Of a stretch of DNA of 64,000 nt, positions 47,345 through 57,661 are shown in pieces (the stretch's first letter is position 1; every line of letters starts with the position of its first letter). Where the stretch lies: positions 1,067,231 to 1,131,230 of the forward strand of contig NW_003314320.1 of the NCBI RefSeq assembly GCF_000143415.4, read 5' to 3'. Below the pieces are notes generated by a model. The model had not been told where the DNA came from. It saw only the letters and a list, made by a program, of their open reading frames with translations, and made no database searches. Origin of the DNA: Selaginella moellendorffii (lineage: Eukaryota; Plantae; Lycopodiophyta). Both the position numbers and the translations under genes were made by a program.

Positions 47345-47467
47345 TGCGTCGACCCTCTCCCCCCCACGCGCGAAAGCCCGCCCTAGTTCTCCAAAACCCT
47401 AGATCACTCCCAACGATAAAACCATAGACCCGATATATTATTTTTTCTCAGAACTCCATCTCCATCT

Positions 47468-50400
47468 CTACCAGCCGCCACTGTTGACGCCCGCACCATC
47501 GCCTCCAGCGATCGTTGCTCCTCCTCCCCAGCCAAGATCTCGAGCACTGCCACTGGCGCCAGGAATTTCTCCAGTAGTTCCTCCTCCTCCCCAGCCAAAA
47601 CTGGAGCTTTCCTCTCGCTTCTTTGGAGAAGATCCGCCATCGCCATTCTCCTCTCCAGCGCCACCTCCTCCACAGCCGCCAGTGCTCGCGTTTCCTTTCG
47701 CAGGGACTCGATCATCTTCTTCTCCATTGGTGCCAAAACCGGAGCTTGCTCCTCCTCCATGCTCGTTTGTTTCACCACCAGCGTTAGCAGGAGTTTCTTC
47801 TCCGGTGCTACCACCCCGCGTAGCGTTTTGATCGCGAGTTTTTCCACTGCCCCAGCCATTTCCACCACCGTCTTCGGTGTTCCAGCCTCCGCCACCATTG
47901 TCGCCAGTGTTCCACCCTCCACCATCGTTGCTGGTAACTCCACCACCGTTGTCACCGCCGGTGTTCCAGCCTCCACCACCATCGTCAGCGTTCCAGCCAC
48001 CGCCATTGTCACCATTTTCCCGGGGATTTCTACCACCTCGAGGTTGTTGCAGTGCTGTACCGTCCAACGAAGCTATGATCTGTGCTTCCACTGCCGAAAG
48101 AAAAAAGATGTTACAAACAGAGAAATCAGGACTTGATGGACTTGCCTGTGACTTCTTTGAGCAATGCACGAAGAAAGACGTGCACGATGTTTCTGTAAGC
48201 GCGCACTACTCGGCCTTTCAGGCCTTTGTAGCTGCCTCGAGTAACTTTTACCTCTTTTCCAACCAGCTCATGCGTCTTCCTCGGAGGAGCACCTACAAGA
48301 ACGCAAGAAAAAAAACACGAGATGATTTTGCAGTCGAAGAGAAGACTGTGTGATTACCGGTCTTGAAATTCGCCATGAGAAAACCTTTCACCTGTTGGTT
48401 TTTGTAAGAACCCGGAACATCGAAGGAGATAAACGAGAATTTGCTACCTCTTCAAGCACGCAAGAGCGTGCATGAGCGCAGAAGTTCCCTTGATTATCCG
48501 CGTGGTCTGCATTGTGAACGAAAAGGAAGTCCTGGTAGATGTGTTTCACAGTGCCTCGACTTTCCTGAGAAAACCACAGCCCGCGCGAATCACGAATCGC
48601 AAAAAGAAGAGAAAAGTAAAAGGCTTTGTGGAACTTTACCGAGAGAGGACCCTCCTGTACGCGGACCATGCTGTCCAGGCGAACAATCTTCGAGGTAGCG
48701 TCTCTTGCTGTAGCATTTTCATCCACGAGTTTCTTTTGGATGTTCCTGGCCTTGACGTTCACCACTTCTTGTTCGATCTCTCCTTTCAGGATCTGATGAG
48801 CTTAGTTTGATAAGTTGGAAGAACAAAAGAGAAAATCACCTCGACTGAGTTATCAGCCCCCTCGATCTTAAGAATGATCCCGAAAGTGGATTGGCTGCAA
48901 GTAATAGAATCGATAAAACTTTGCGAAAACAAAATCAGCTAGCCTTACTCTATAAGCACGAGATCTCCTTCATTGAACTGTCCGGCGGATATCTCGGATG
49001 GCGTGAGAACTTCTCCAAGACATTTCCGTGGCACTTCGATCTGCATATCCATATCCAGCTCGAAGAAAAACTTGAGAAAAAGAGGAGAGAACTCACATTT
49101 TCCGTGATCAAGTCGCAGCGTAGCACAACGTGATCGCTTTCAAGCTTCACTATCATCCCCGTCCGGCCTTCGTGCTCCCCGGATGCTACACGGATGTGGT
49201 TCGCAACCTCGTACACTCTCTCGAGCTGGTTCTTGTGTGCTCGCACAAATTTCTGCTAGCAGAAAACTTTCAGAAAAAAAAAAGAGTGAAACAAAGACAT
49301 ACCCGATCATCCGCCAAGACGTAGACCGCATCGCCATCAACTTTGGTTACTCTTCCTATGGTACCTCGGAGTTCACCGTCGATCACCTGGACTTTCTCAT
49401 CCTTCTTAAGGCTGGAGTCATGGATTCTCGGTTCTTCGGGAACATATGCCTTGGATTTTCCAGCGTCGCTCCTCGCCTTTGCCTTTCCCTTCGACTTCCC
49501 AGCATCCTCTTTCGCCTTTCCCTTCGCAGCGCTTTTAGTCTTCCTGGCTTTCTTCTTCGGCCGCAAATCTTCCTCTTCGTCAGGCTCCTGGATTTGGTGC
49601 GGATCCATGAAGAAGTCGAGCTCTCTCTTCGTCGGCGTGATAGCAGTCACGGATTTGGACTGCACAAGCGTGATCAGATAGCCGTCCCAGAACTCCATCC
49701 TGGAAGATTTGCAGACTGTTCTTCCCTTCTCCCTCTTTACAGGGAAACCGAGTTTCCTGCGGAAAAAACACAAGTGTGAGAAAATGGTGGCGACTGAGAG
49801 GTCTTACTGGGCATGTTCCGGAGTGAAAAGCCCCGGCTTGTTCTTCTTGAGGTGAAAACCCTTCGTTTTGTACTGCAAGAGCAAGAAGATCACTGGTTTT
49901 GCGACACCAATGAACAAACTTACCTTGCAAACGTCGATCCTCGGCACCAGCTTGACACGAAGTTTTTTAAGATGGTCTCGAACTTCCACGACCTGGAAAG
50001 AAGCCTTAGTGTGGCTGACTTGTATCGGTTTTCTTTCTTCACCTGAGCAATGTCACCATTGTAAATCCCTCCCTTCACTCGCACCCAATCCTTCACGGAA
50101 AACTCGCAAGCGCTACGAGAGCTCTCGCCAACGAGTACTTCGCGATTCTCATTGCGGAGAATCTCTTGCACGGTTTCGTCCGAGACGGGAGTTATCTTCT
50201 TGAGAAGTAGCAAATTAAGGCCTTGGCATGCCTGGAAGAACAAAAGAAAGTATAGAAACTGATCTCAAACAAAAAAAAACTTACCTTTCGAATGTGTGCT
50301 TCGGACTCGGCCTCGATGATAACAATCCCTTCGCACGACTTATCAGGAGCGATGGCGCACTTGACGAGCACAGCTGTGCTTTCCGAGTCATTTATCTGTG

Positions 50401-50860
50401 CAAAGATCGAGGCCGCGGCATCCTCCGCCAACCCGTGCTGAAAGGAGAAGTAAAAGAACACCACACACAAGAAAAAAAAATCGAGACAAGAAGCTCACTG
50501 AGATATCAAGGAATCAGCATTACCTTGCATTTCACCGTCCAAAACCTGGGCTTGGATCTTCCATCCTCTTCTTCTTCATCATCGCTTTCGTCTTCCTCTT
50601 CTTGTTCTTCTTCCGGACTTCCTTCCTCTTGCCCTCTCTTCATTCGCTTGACGGCGCTAACGTCGATGAAGTTGTCGATCGATACTGCAAACAGGGAGCG
50701 CAAGAGCCAGCAAGCGAGAAATGCATCGATCAAAACCATGCAAGAAAGGACAAAACTTACTGCTCTGTTCTTCTTTTTCATCTTCTTCTTCTTCCGGTTC
50801 TTCCTCATCGTTGTCTGGCTCAACTGGGCTCTTGCGCTTCTCGAAGCCCACATACCCCAT
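47468..50860 (-). CDS. SPT5L: SPT5-like protein (acidic N-terminus, NGN, five KOWs, GW/WG-rich tail); KTF1/SPT5L-type architecture
   Basis: PRFWTVKCK, GIVIIEAESEAHI, WVRVKGGIYNGDIAQV, VKLVPRID, VQVIDGELRG, VASGEHEGRTGMIV, VKVTRGSYKGLKGRV. Tail of GGGWN/GWG repeats. Orthology to angiosperm SPT5L is untested. Confidence 0.8.
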
Positions 50861-51714
50861 GATCGCGATCGCGAGGAAACCCACCCAAAACCCCGATTCT
50901 CCAAAAGGCGAAACGAACTAATAAGCTATATGCCAAGTGACCAACAAGAACTCGATAGATGGTACGAGGGCGTCACATCAAAGGAGCGTTTCACGCTTTC
51001 CGGTGGAAGTCATAGAACAGACGTTTGCTCTTTCCTTTCCTTCTTTGTTTTCTGCGAGGTACTCTTTCTTCTCAGCAGCTGTTCTAGGAGGATTTGCTCC
51101 TCTCCTCGCACGCATCATGGCTACAAATTCATTGTAGTAGATCTTCCCGTCCTGTGAATAGTTTCACTCAATCCTGCGAGTGACTTACATTGTGTGTGAC
51201 CACTTCTTTGATGGTTTCATTCAAGTCCTGCGTGTTTGGATCGCTAAGAGCTTGCTCCAGTTCTTCGACAGTGATGTACCTGACCGATGAAAAAACTTGG
51301 AAAAAAAAAAAATGAGATCTTTACGCTGTTATCCTTGCCGAGACACTGGAAAGCCGAATTTTGTTGAGATGCATGGTCGCCGTGATAACCTCCGTGTAAT
51401 CGATTGAGGCCAATTTCAGCAGCGCCAGCCTAGAAGGACAAAATGAAAAACGAACCAAAAATACCCAGAAAGAGCGACACTAAGCAAACTTACGACTTCG
51501 TGATCCCAAGTTTACAAGTCCGGCTTTTAACTCGTCGTACGTGATCGAGATTTAAATTAGCCAAGGCTAACCATCATATCAGCTCGGCTTTCCTCTGGAT
51601 CTTCGAGGGCAGCCTTCCTTTCGGAGAAAACAAGCTTTTTCTTTGCTTTTTCACAGTAACCTCTGCACAAGCATATGCTACGTAAGATAAAACATTTCCT
51701 AGAGCTATACGTAC

Positions 51715-54700
51715 TGAAACGAATCGACTCGACTAGAGATTGAATTGATAACACGCTGTTATAATCTATCTCAGTCTAACTGTCGCGACCGTTGACTCTT
51801 CAGCTTGTCGGCATATTCCCCTGAATATTAACACTCCCACTCAAGCTGAACGTCGACGTTGCGTCAGTTCTTTGGCTGCACTCCAAGTGCCTGTGCATGC
51901 TGCTGGAACAGAGCTGGAGCAAGAGCTTTGGTGAAGATATCCGCCACCATCTCCTTGGTAGTGTAGTAGACCAGCTCCACAGTCTGCAGAGCAACCTGTT
52001 CACGTATAAAATGGAACTGAACCTGAATGTGCTTGGTCCTGCGATGGAACTTCGGATTTTTCGCCAATGCTATGGCTCCTTGATTATTGCAGAAGAGCTC
52101 CGTCGCTTCCTCCTGCTTATAGCTGAGCCCGTCCAGCAAAGTTCTCAGCCAAATGCACTCCTTGGTTGCTTGAGTGATGCCGATATACTCTGCCTCTGTG
52201 AGCTTTGTTACTCGAGTGGATCGACATAACGGTGGAGCTGAAACGGCAACCTCTCTGCCATCTGAAGCCTGCTGATCAAGACCCACTGCCTGATCACTCG
52301 CTTGAGAGCTCCCCCCCTGATCGGCCTGACTCCCACCCGCTGGTGAGATCGGATTACCGCCACCTGCAGCTGGAGGCTCACTAACTCCAGCTCCGATTGC
52401 TGAACCTGGCCCCAGATCACGCTGGCTCCCACTGGCTCCATGCCCTGTGGCTGAACCCTGCGTACCTGGCTGGCGTCCGCTCCTCGTTCTCCCATAACTC
52501 GCTGCCCTAACTTCTTCATCCGAGTTATCCGAGTCCGAGGTAACCTCGGGCGATACCAAAGTTGGCGGTGGTGGGAGGGCCCGAGTGCCGTAAGTTCTGG
52601 TCTCGTTGAAGATGACATCTCTGGCCACGATCAACTTCTGAGTCTCCAGGTTGAACAACTTGTAGCCTTTCATCTGTTCGGAGTAGCCGACGAGAACACA
52701 CTTCTGACTGGTTCTTTCAAGCTTGCTGCGATGATGTCGCTTTACATGAGCGTAGCAGACACTCCCGAACACTCGCAGATGGCTGATGTCTGGTTTACTC
52801 CCATACCAAGCTTGATAGGGAGTTTGACCCGAAACTGCAACAGTGAGCTGTCTGTTCCTCAGATAAGCGGCGGTCTCCATCGCCTCACACCAAAAAAACT
52901 TTGGAAGGCCTGAGTCTTCCAGCAGGGTTCTTGCTACATCTTGCAGCGTCCTGTTCATCCTCTCTGCTACACCGTTCTGCTGCTGAGTGTCTGGGATGGA
53001 GAATTGACGTTGTATTCCAGCTGAACTACAAAACTCATCAAATTCTCTCGACACAAACTCGCCACCGCCATCGCTCCTGAATGCCTTGATCAGCTTTCCT
53101 GTCTGGAGCTCCACCTGAGCTTTGTAGTCCTTGAACTTCTGGAACACCTCTGATTTCTTCCTCAGGAACTTGATGGCCACGATGCGAGAAAAATCGTCCA
53201 CGAACGTGACAAAGTACTGTTTCCTGTCTCTGGACATATTCGGCATTGTGCCAACATCAGAGTGAACCAAGTCCAGGATTCCCTTAGCTCGGTTAGTGGA
53301 TGCAGTTGGATGAGGGAGCCTGTGAGCTTTACCCAGTGCACACGGCTCGCAAAACGAGCTGCCACCTGCTGGAGGAGTTATGCGGAGGCCGATCACCAGC
53401 TCCTGCTTGCTTAGCTGCTTCAACGCCTGCTGGTTGGTGTGACCCAATCTCCTGTGCCAAGTCGCAGTGTCGACTGCCTTCTGGGCACCGGCGTAGCACA
53501 ACCGCTGTGGCTGGATCACTTCTGCATTCAGCCTGTAAAGGCCCAAGTACCTACGTCCACTGGCCAGCATCTTGTCATCTGATCCTTTGATCCTGCAGCC
53601 ATTGTTGTCAAACTCGACTTTAAGGCCATGATCAGCGATCTTCCCGACTGAGAACAGCGTCTTCGGGACTCCAGGAACATAGTACATGTTGTGAATGGGA
53701 ACCACTTGTCCAGATGCTAGCTGCACCTGAATTGTCCCCACACCTTTCACTTCATGAGAGTAGTCATTGCCTAGGTAAATCCTCTGGTCCTTGACTGGTA
53801 GCAGCTTGGAGAACAGCTCTCGGACGTGTGTCATGTGCTGGCTTGCTCCGGAGTCGACCCACACAACCTCTGCTGCTGTGGTACTGACTGTACTCACTCG
53901 ATCGGGCTGTGTCGACTGGTGACTCTGGTGCTTCTCTGCACTCACCCTCCTTGCCATGAACAGACTGTCATGGCACTCAGCTTCATCTTCATCTTCCTCA
54001 TCTGAAGTTGCTGCCTCTCTCTTCGAATGAGCAGATTTTGCATAGTTTGCCACCTGCTTCTTCTTGCCTTTCTTCGCCATCGCATCCTTCCTGGCCTGCC
54101 ATGCCTTCTTTGCCTCAGCATGAGTGCAGTCTCTGGCAAAATGACCTGGTGCTTTGCATGCGTTGCATCTGTCATCACGTTTGCTGCGCTTGCTCTTGCT
54201 GGTGCCGCCTTTGTCCACCTTATTCACTGGGCCCAGCCGATCCCACACTGTGGTTGACCGCTTGCCGTTTGCTGTGAACAGAGCAAGTTCTACCTTCTCC
54301 TCCTTGTTCTTTTCCTCGGGGCTGAGGAAGTTCTCAAGAGCTGAGAGTTCTGCAACAATCTCCTCAAAGGTGAGGTGAGAATTCATGAGATGGGCTCCAG
54401 AAACGAGTAAGGTTGTGGAGAGTCCCTTGAACAGCGCTGATGTGAGCTCGTCGTCACCGACCGGATTCACCTGAGCGTCAGTGATCTGCTGTGCAAGGTC
54501 CATAAGGCGACTGGCATAGTCATTTACTGAACTACTGCCCTGTTGACACCCGTTGAACTGGGTTTTCAGATCGATCAACCGTACCCTGCTGCATGTGCCA
54601 AAAACCTGGCAGATCTTCTCCCAATTCGCCTTCGCTGTATCCTCCATGTTCAGGTGGCTCCTGTATCTTTTTGCCAGAGCACGACCTAAGATGCCCAACG

Positions 54701-55119
54701 CCTTGTCGTTCTTGGCATCCCAATCCTTGCGCTTTGCTTTCAAGGTGTCCACCGGATCCTCATCCTTTGTTTCTTCTTCACCCTCCTTCGCTTTCTTCTT
54801 GGTCTGCCGGACTGGTGATGGAGGTCGCCGTTCCTTTCCCCTCACCACATTCCACAGATCCTTTTCCAGGAAGTAGAGTTGCATCTGAAGTTTCCACGAC
54901 GGAAAATCTTTGCCATCGTAGACTTCGAGCACTTGCGACGACGACGGAGACATGCTGCTGCGGGAAACTCGTCTTGATCAGAATCTCGGCTCCGATACCA
55001 TGAAACGAATCGACTCGACTAGAGATTGAATTGATAACACGCTGTTATAATCTATCTCAGTCTAACTGTCGCGACCGTTGACTCTTCAGCTTGTCGGCAT
55101 ATTCCCCTGAATATTAACA
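51715..55119 (-). mobile_element. Ty1/Copia LTR retrotransposon, RT-deleted, with identical 119-bp LTRs
   Basis: LTRs 51715-51833 and 55001-55119 (TG..CA), 5-bp TSD CGTAC, PBS TGGTATCGGAGCC (54988-55000), PPT GCTTGAGTGGGAG (51834-51846). Confidence 0.97.
51864..54953 (-). CDS. Copia gag-protease-integrase fused in frame to the RNase H C-terminal part
   Basis: CNACKAPGHFARDC knuckle, WVDSGASQHM, WHRRLGH, FRSDGGGEF, QQNGVAERMNRTL, then RSTRVTK|LTEAEY...MVADIFTK. No YVDD RT motif. Confidence 0.93.
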   Translation of the reverse strand: MSPSSSQVLEVYDGKDFPSWKLQMQLYFLEKDLWNVVRGKERRPPSPVRQTKKKAKEGEEETKDEDPVDTLKAKRKDWDAKNDKALGILGRALAKRYRSHLNMEDTAKANWEKICQVFGTCSRVRLIDLKTQFNGCQQGSSSVNDYASRLMDLAQQITDAQVNPVGDDELTSALFKGLSTTLLVSGAHLMNSHLTFEEIVAELSALENFLSPEEKNKEEKVELALFTANGKRSTTVWDRLGPVNKVDKGGTSKSKRSKRDDRCNACKAPGHFARDCTHAEAKKAWQARKDAMAKKGKKKQVANYAKSAHSKREAATSDEEDEDEAECHDSLFMARRVSAEKHQSHQSTQPDRVSTVSTTAAEVVWVDSGASQHMTHVRELFSKLLPVKDQRIYLGNDYSHEVKGVGTIQVQLASGQVVPIHNMYYVPGVPKTLFSVGKIADHGLKVEFDNNGCRIKGSDDKMLASGRRYLGLYRLNAEVIQPQRLCYAGAQKAVDTATWHRRLGHTNQQALKQLSKQELVIGLRITPPAGGSSFCEPCALGKAHRLPHPTASTNRAKGILDLVHSDVGTMPNMSRDRKQYFVTFVDDFSRIVAIKFLRKKSEVFQKFKDYKAQVELQTGKLIKAFRSDGGGEFVSREFDEFCSSAGIQRQFSIPDTQQQNGVAERMNRTLQDVARTLLEDSGLPKFFWCEAMETAAYLRNRQLTVAVSGQTPYQAWYGSKPDISHLRVFGSVCYAHVKRHHRSKLERTSQKCVLVGYSEQMKGYKLFNLETQKLIVARDVIFNETRTYGTRALPPPPTLVSPEVTSDSDNSDEEVRAASYGRTRSGRQPGTQGSATGHGASGSQRDLGPGSAIGAGVSEPPAAGGGNPISPAGGSQADQGGSSQASDQAVGLDQQASDGREVAVSAPPLCRSTRVTKLTEAEYIGITQATKECIWLRTLLDGLSYKQEEATELFCNNQGAIALAKNPKFHRRTKHIQVQFHFIREQVALQTVELVYYTTKEMVADIFTKALAPALFQQHAQALGVQPKN

Positions 55120-56180
55120 CGTACCTGGCCAACTGAAGAAGAAAGAATGGAGAGCCTTTCCTCCCTGTAAATCCTGTCTAAATCCGAGTTGCAACCTCAG
55201 ACAGACTCTCGGCAATCACCTTGATGAAAATTCTTGAAGGAATGCAAAACAGAGAAGAGCGTCACCTTAAAAGTGCAAGCTTCTTGAGCTTGTTCATGGG
55301 CGGAAAACTGCTTCATTCGTGACAGCACTGGGTTGTCCAGCGGACCTCTGGTGCCTCGCTATCTTCTTTGAGCCAAGGGAGGATTCGACGACGTGATCAA
55401 AGCGAAGCGTGCCCTCTCACCGTCTCGATATTCTAGAAATCACAAAGCCTGCTTAATATCCCGAGAAACATCTTACCAGTAGACACTCCTTCGGGTCTTG
55501 CGCAGCAAATCCTTGGCGATCAAAGGGCCGCGAAGAAATGCATCGAAAATTCCTTGCTGAGATTTCTCTTGGAGGTGTTTAAGATGATCTTTTACCAGCC
55601 CAAAGGTGGAACACCAATGTATACAATATGCACCGGCATAGTTGAGTCTAAGAACTGCCAGCAAGATCTTTGAAGGTCTCACCTGGAAGAAAGAAGGAAC
55701 AAAACTGAAAAAAGAAGGGAAGTGCCAGGTACAATATGATGAAGAACGAATGCGTTTTTTCCTGGAAGGAAAACGTTCTCACACAGGGAGGAAGATGAGA
55801 AACAACGAAGAAAAACGGACGAAGAAAGTAGGCGAAGGCATATACCGATCGATCGATCTAAGTTTGAGATTAAAGCATGGTTCCAGGAAGAAAAAGAAAC
55901 AAGAAGAGGAAAGAAGAAGATTTCCGAGATTTACGTATAGAATAGTAGGAACTGATCGCCAACAAAACGAAAGAAAAAATACTAGCAACTGTTTAAGCTA
56001 AGCACATTTTTTACAACCGGCATATTCCCAAAGGATACTATATTCATAGAAAGGAGAACATTCTTTATAAAAGGCAATTTTTAAAAAGATCTAGAACTAC
56101 ACGCGGCGAAATCCCAGCTATTGCGCACGCCTATATATCGAGGACTGAGGGAAAGGGTTTCGTCAAATAGACTTAGGGCA

Positions 56181-57215
56181 ATGGCGTGGTGGAAGAGCGT
56201 CATCGCCCCGTTCACGCGCAGGCCCCCGCGCTACTGGGACTTGCCTCACAGGTTCGCTGTCCTAGCCGCCAGCTCCCTCTTGTGGATCGGGCTCGGCAGC
56301 ATCCCTCTCTATGGCATGGCCAAGACGCCGGCGGCGGGCTGGGCATGGGTGCGCGAGGTGTTCGCATCCAGCCCAGGAACTCTCGCAGACCTGGGAGTGA
56401 TATGCTTGGTGGCTGCTAGTCAAGTCAGGGTGAGGCTCGGGTGGGATGTGCCCAAGCCCGAAGACAAAGTCACAAAGTTCGTGATGTTTGGCGTGTCGCT
56501 CCTCGTCCCAGTGCTGCCCCTTGCTGCCGGTCGCTATGGACGTGATCTCGGTCTTGTCAAGGCGCTGCTGCTCTATGCCCAGCTTGCCTTTGCGAATTGC
56601 GTCGCGTGTTTGCTCGTGATTGCCAACGAATTTCGGTTCTGGGGAGTAGGAGTTACCATTGCCGAGCTCCTCCCGGTGGCGATGCTGGGCAAGAGCTTGG
56701 TTGTCAAGGCTCTTGGCAGCGGCGAGGGGCTTGGCACTGGGAATGAAGTGGTGAGCTTGTGGAGCGTTCTTGCCACAGTCACCTTTGTGGCCGTCACGTA
56801 CAAGCTCCACAGGAATTCGATGTTCACGCTGTTTGAAGTCTCGGACTGGCTGCGTCCGGTACAGGTTCTCGCGTTGGCGGCATGGATCTCGAGCATCCTT
56901 TTTCCCAAACACTTCGCAACGCTGTTCGAGGGACGCGGCTTGATCTTGGTGCCGGTGGCGATGGGTTTACTGTTCAAGGCTTTTGCGGCGTGGGAGAGTT
57001 GGGAGCTGGGCTCGTCGGAGACGAATGCTTTTGCCGGGGTGGGGGCTGGAGTGCTGTGCGTGGTGGCGGCTGCCACAGGATGCGTGGGCTCGGCTTTTGG
57101 ATGGCTGATAGTTTGTCGTCTGGTCGTCGAACTTCAAGGCTCGGTGCGCTCTGCGATCATGTGCAAGCGGAGAATGGAGCAAGAGAAGGCAAAGGCATCA
57201 AATCAAACCTTGTAA
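56181..57215 (+). CDS. Highly divergent, intronless, shortened Sec61alpha/SecY-like protein (344 aa)
   Basis: SIPLYGM...WVREVFASSPGTLADLGV ~ QLPLYGI...WMRVILASNRGTLMELGI; GRYG.DLGLVKALLLYAQLAFA; VLATV; GCVGSAFGWLIV ~ GAIGSGTGILLA. TATA box at ~56132. Confidence 0.8.
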   Translation: MAWWKSVIAPFTRRPPRYWDLPHRFAVLAASSLLWIGLGSIPLYGMAKTPAAGWAWVREVFASSPGTLADLGVICLVAASQVRVRLGWDVPKPEDKVTKFVMFGVSLLVPVLPLAAGRYGRDLGLVKALLLYAQLAFANCVACLLVIANEFRFWGVGVTIAELLPVAMLGKSLVVKALGSGEGLGTGNEVVSLWSVLATVTFVAVTYKLHRNSMFTLFEVSDWLRPVQVLALAAWISSILFPKHFATLFEGRGLILVPVAMGLLFKAFAAWESWELGSSETNAFAGVGAGVLCVVAAATGCVGSAFGWLIVCRLVVELQGSVRSAIMCKRRMEQEKAKASNQTL

Positions 57216-57661
57216 CTTCAACGCGTTTGTCATTGCAAACTGAAACTCTACTGATCGACCGATCGCGAATATTTGTTTGTTTTTAAGTTTTTAATAGAAA
57301 GCAACTCTTTGCAAGTGGAAGAAACTTGTCCTTGATTAGCCATAGGATCACCTTTCGGGAACAATGGTGATAGCAATAAAAGCTTGTTTGTTTGGAGCGA
57401 TTCTTGTGAGTGTGTCTTCTTACCTTCCTCAGACATGACAATCTCCACAAACATTTTGTAAGTTTCAAGTTTGATGGCAAAAGCTTTTAAACTACTAAAT
57501 TGCAATAGCATAAGTCACCTACATTTTGGGGGACAAAAAAAGTCCACATTATCAATTCGAGCAAATAATGGCGTGAACCCCCAGGCCACGTGTTGTAGTG
57601 TTATTGGTCCACGTATGATTCGAGTGAGTTTATATTGTGTTTCTAGGGTTTCCAAGGATTA

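Larger units (their letters stand above)
51060..55690 (-). pseudogene. Calcium-dependent protein kinase (CDPK) 3' pseudogene interrupted by a Copia element
   Basis: Junction PLDNPVLSRMKQF...KVIAESLSE. EF-hand remnants ITYDELKAGL, IDYTEVITATMHLNK, YITVEELEQAL, DGKIYYNEFVAMMR. Frameshifts present. Confidence 0.85.

Noticed and set aside
50845-50895. GFWVGFLAIAIMGYVGF looks like the Sec61gamma TM segment, tempting near a Sec61alpha-like gene
   Set aside because: It is the 5'UTR plus first codons of the SPT5-like gene. There is no upstream ATG or KPD..EF motif, so it is probably coincidence.
50228-51157. 309-aa plus-strand ORF
   Set aside because: It is a low-complexity antisense read of the acidic SPT5-like exons and introns.
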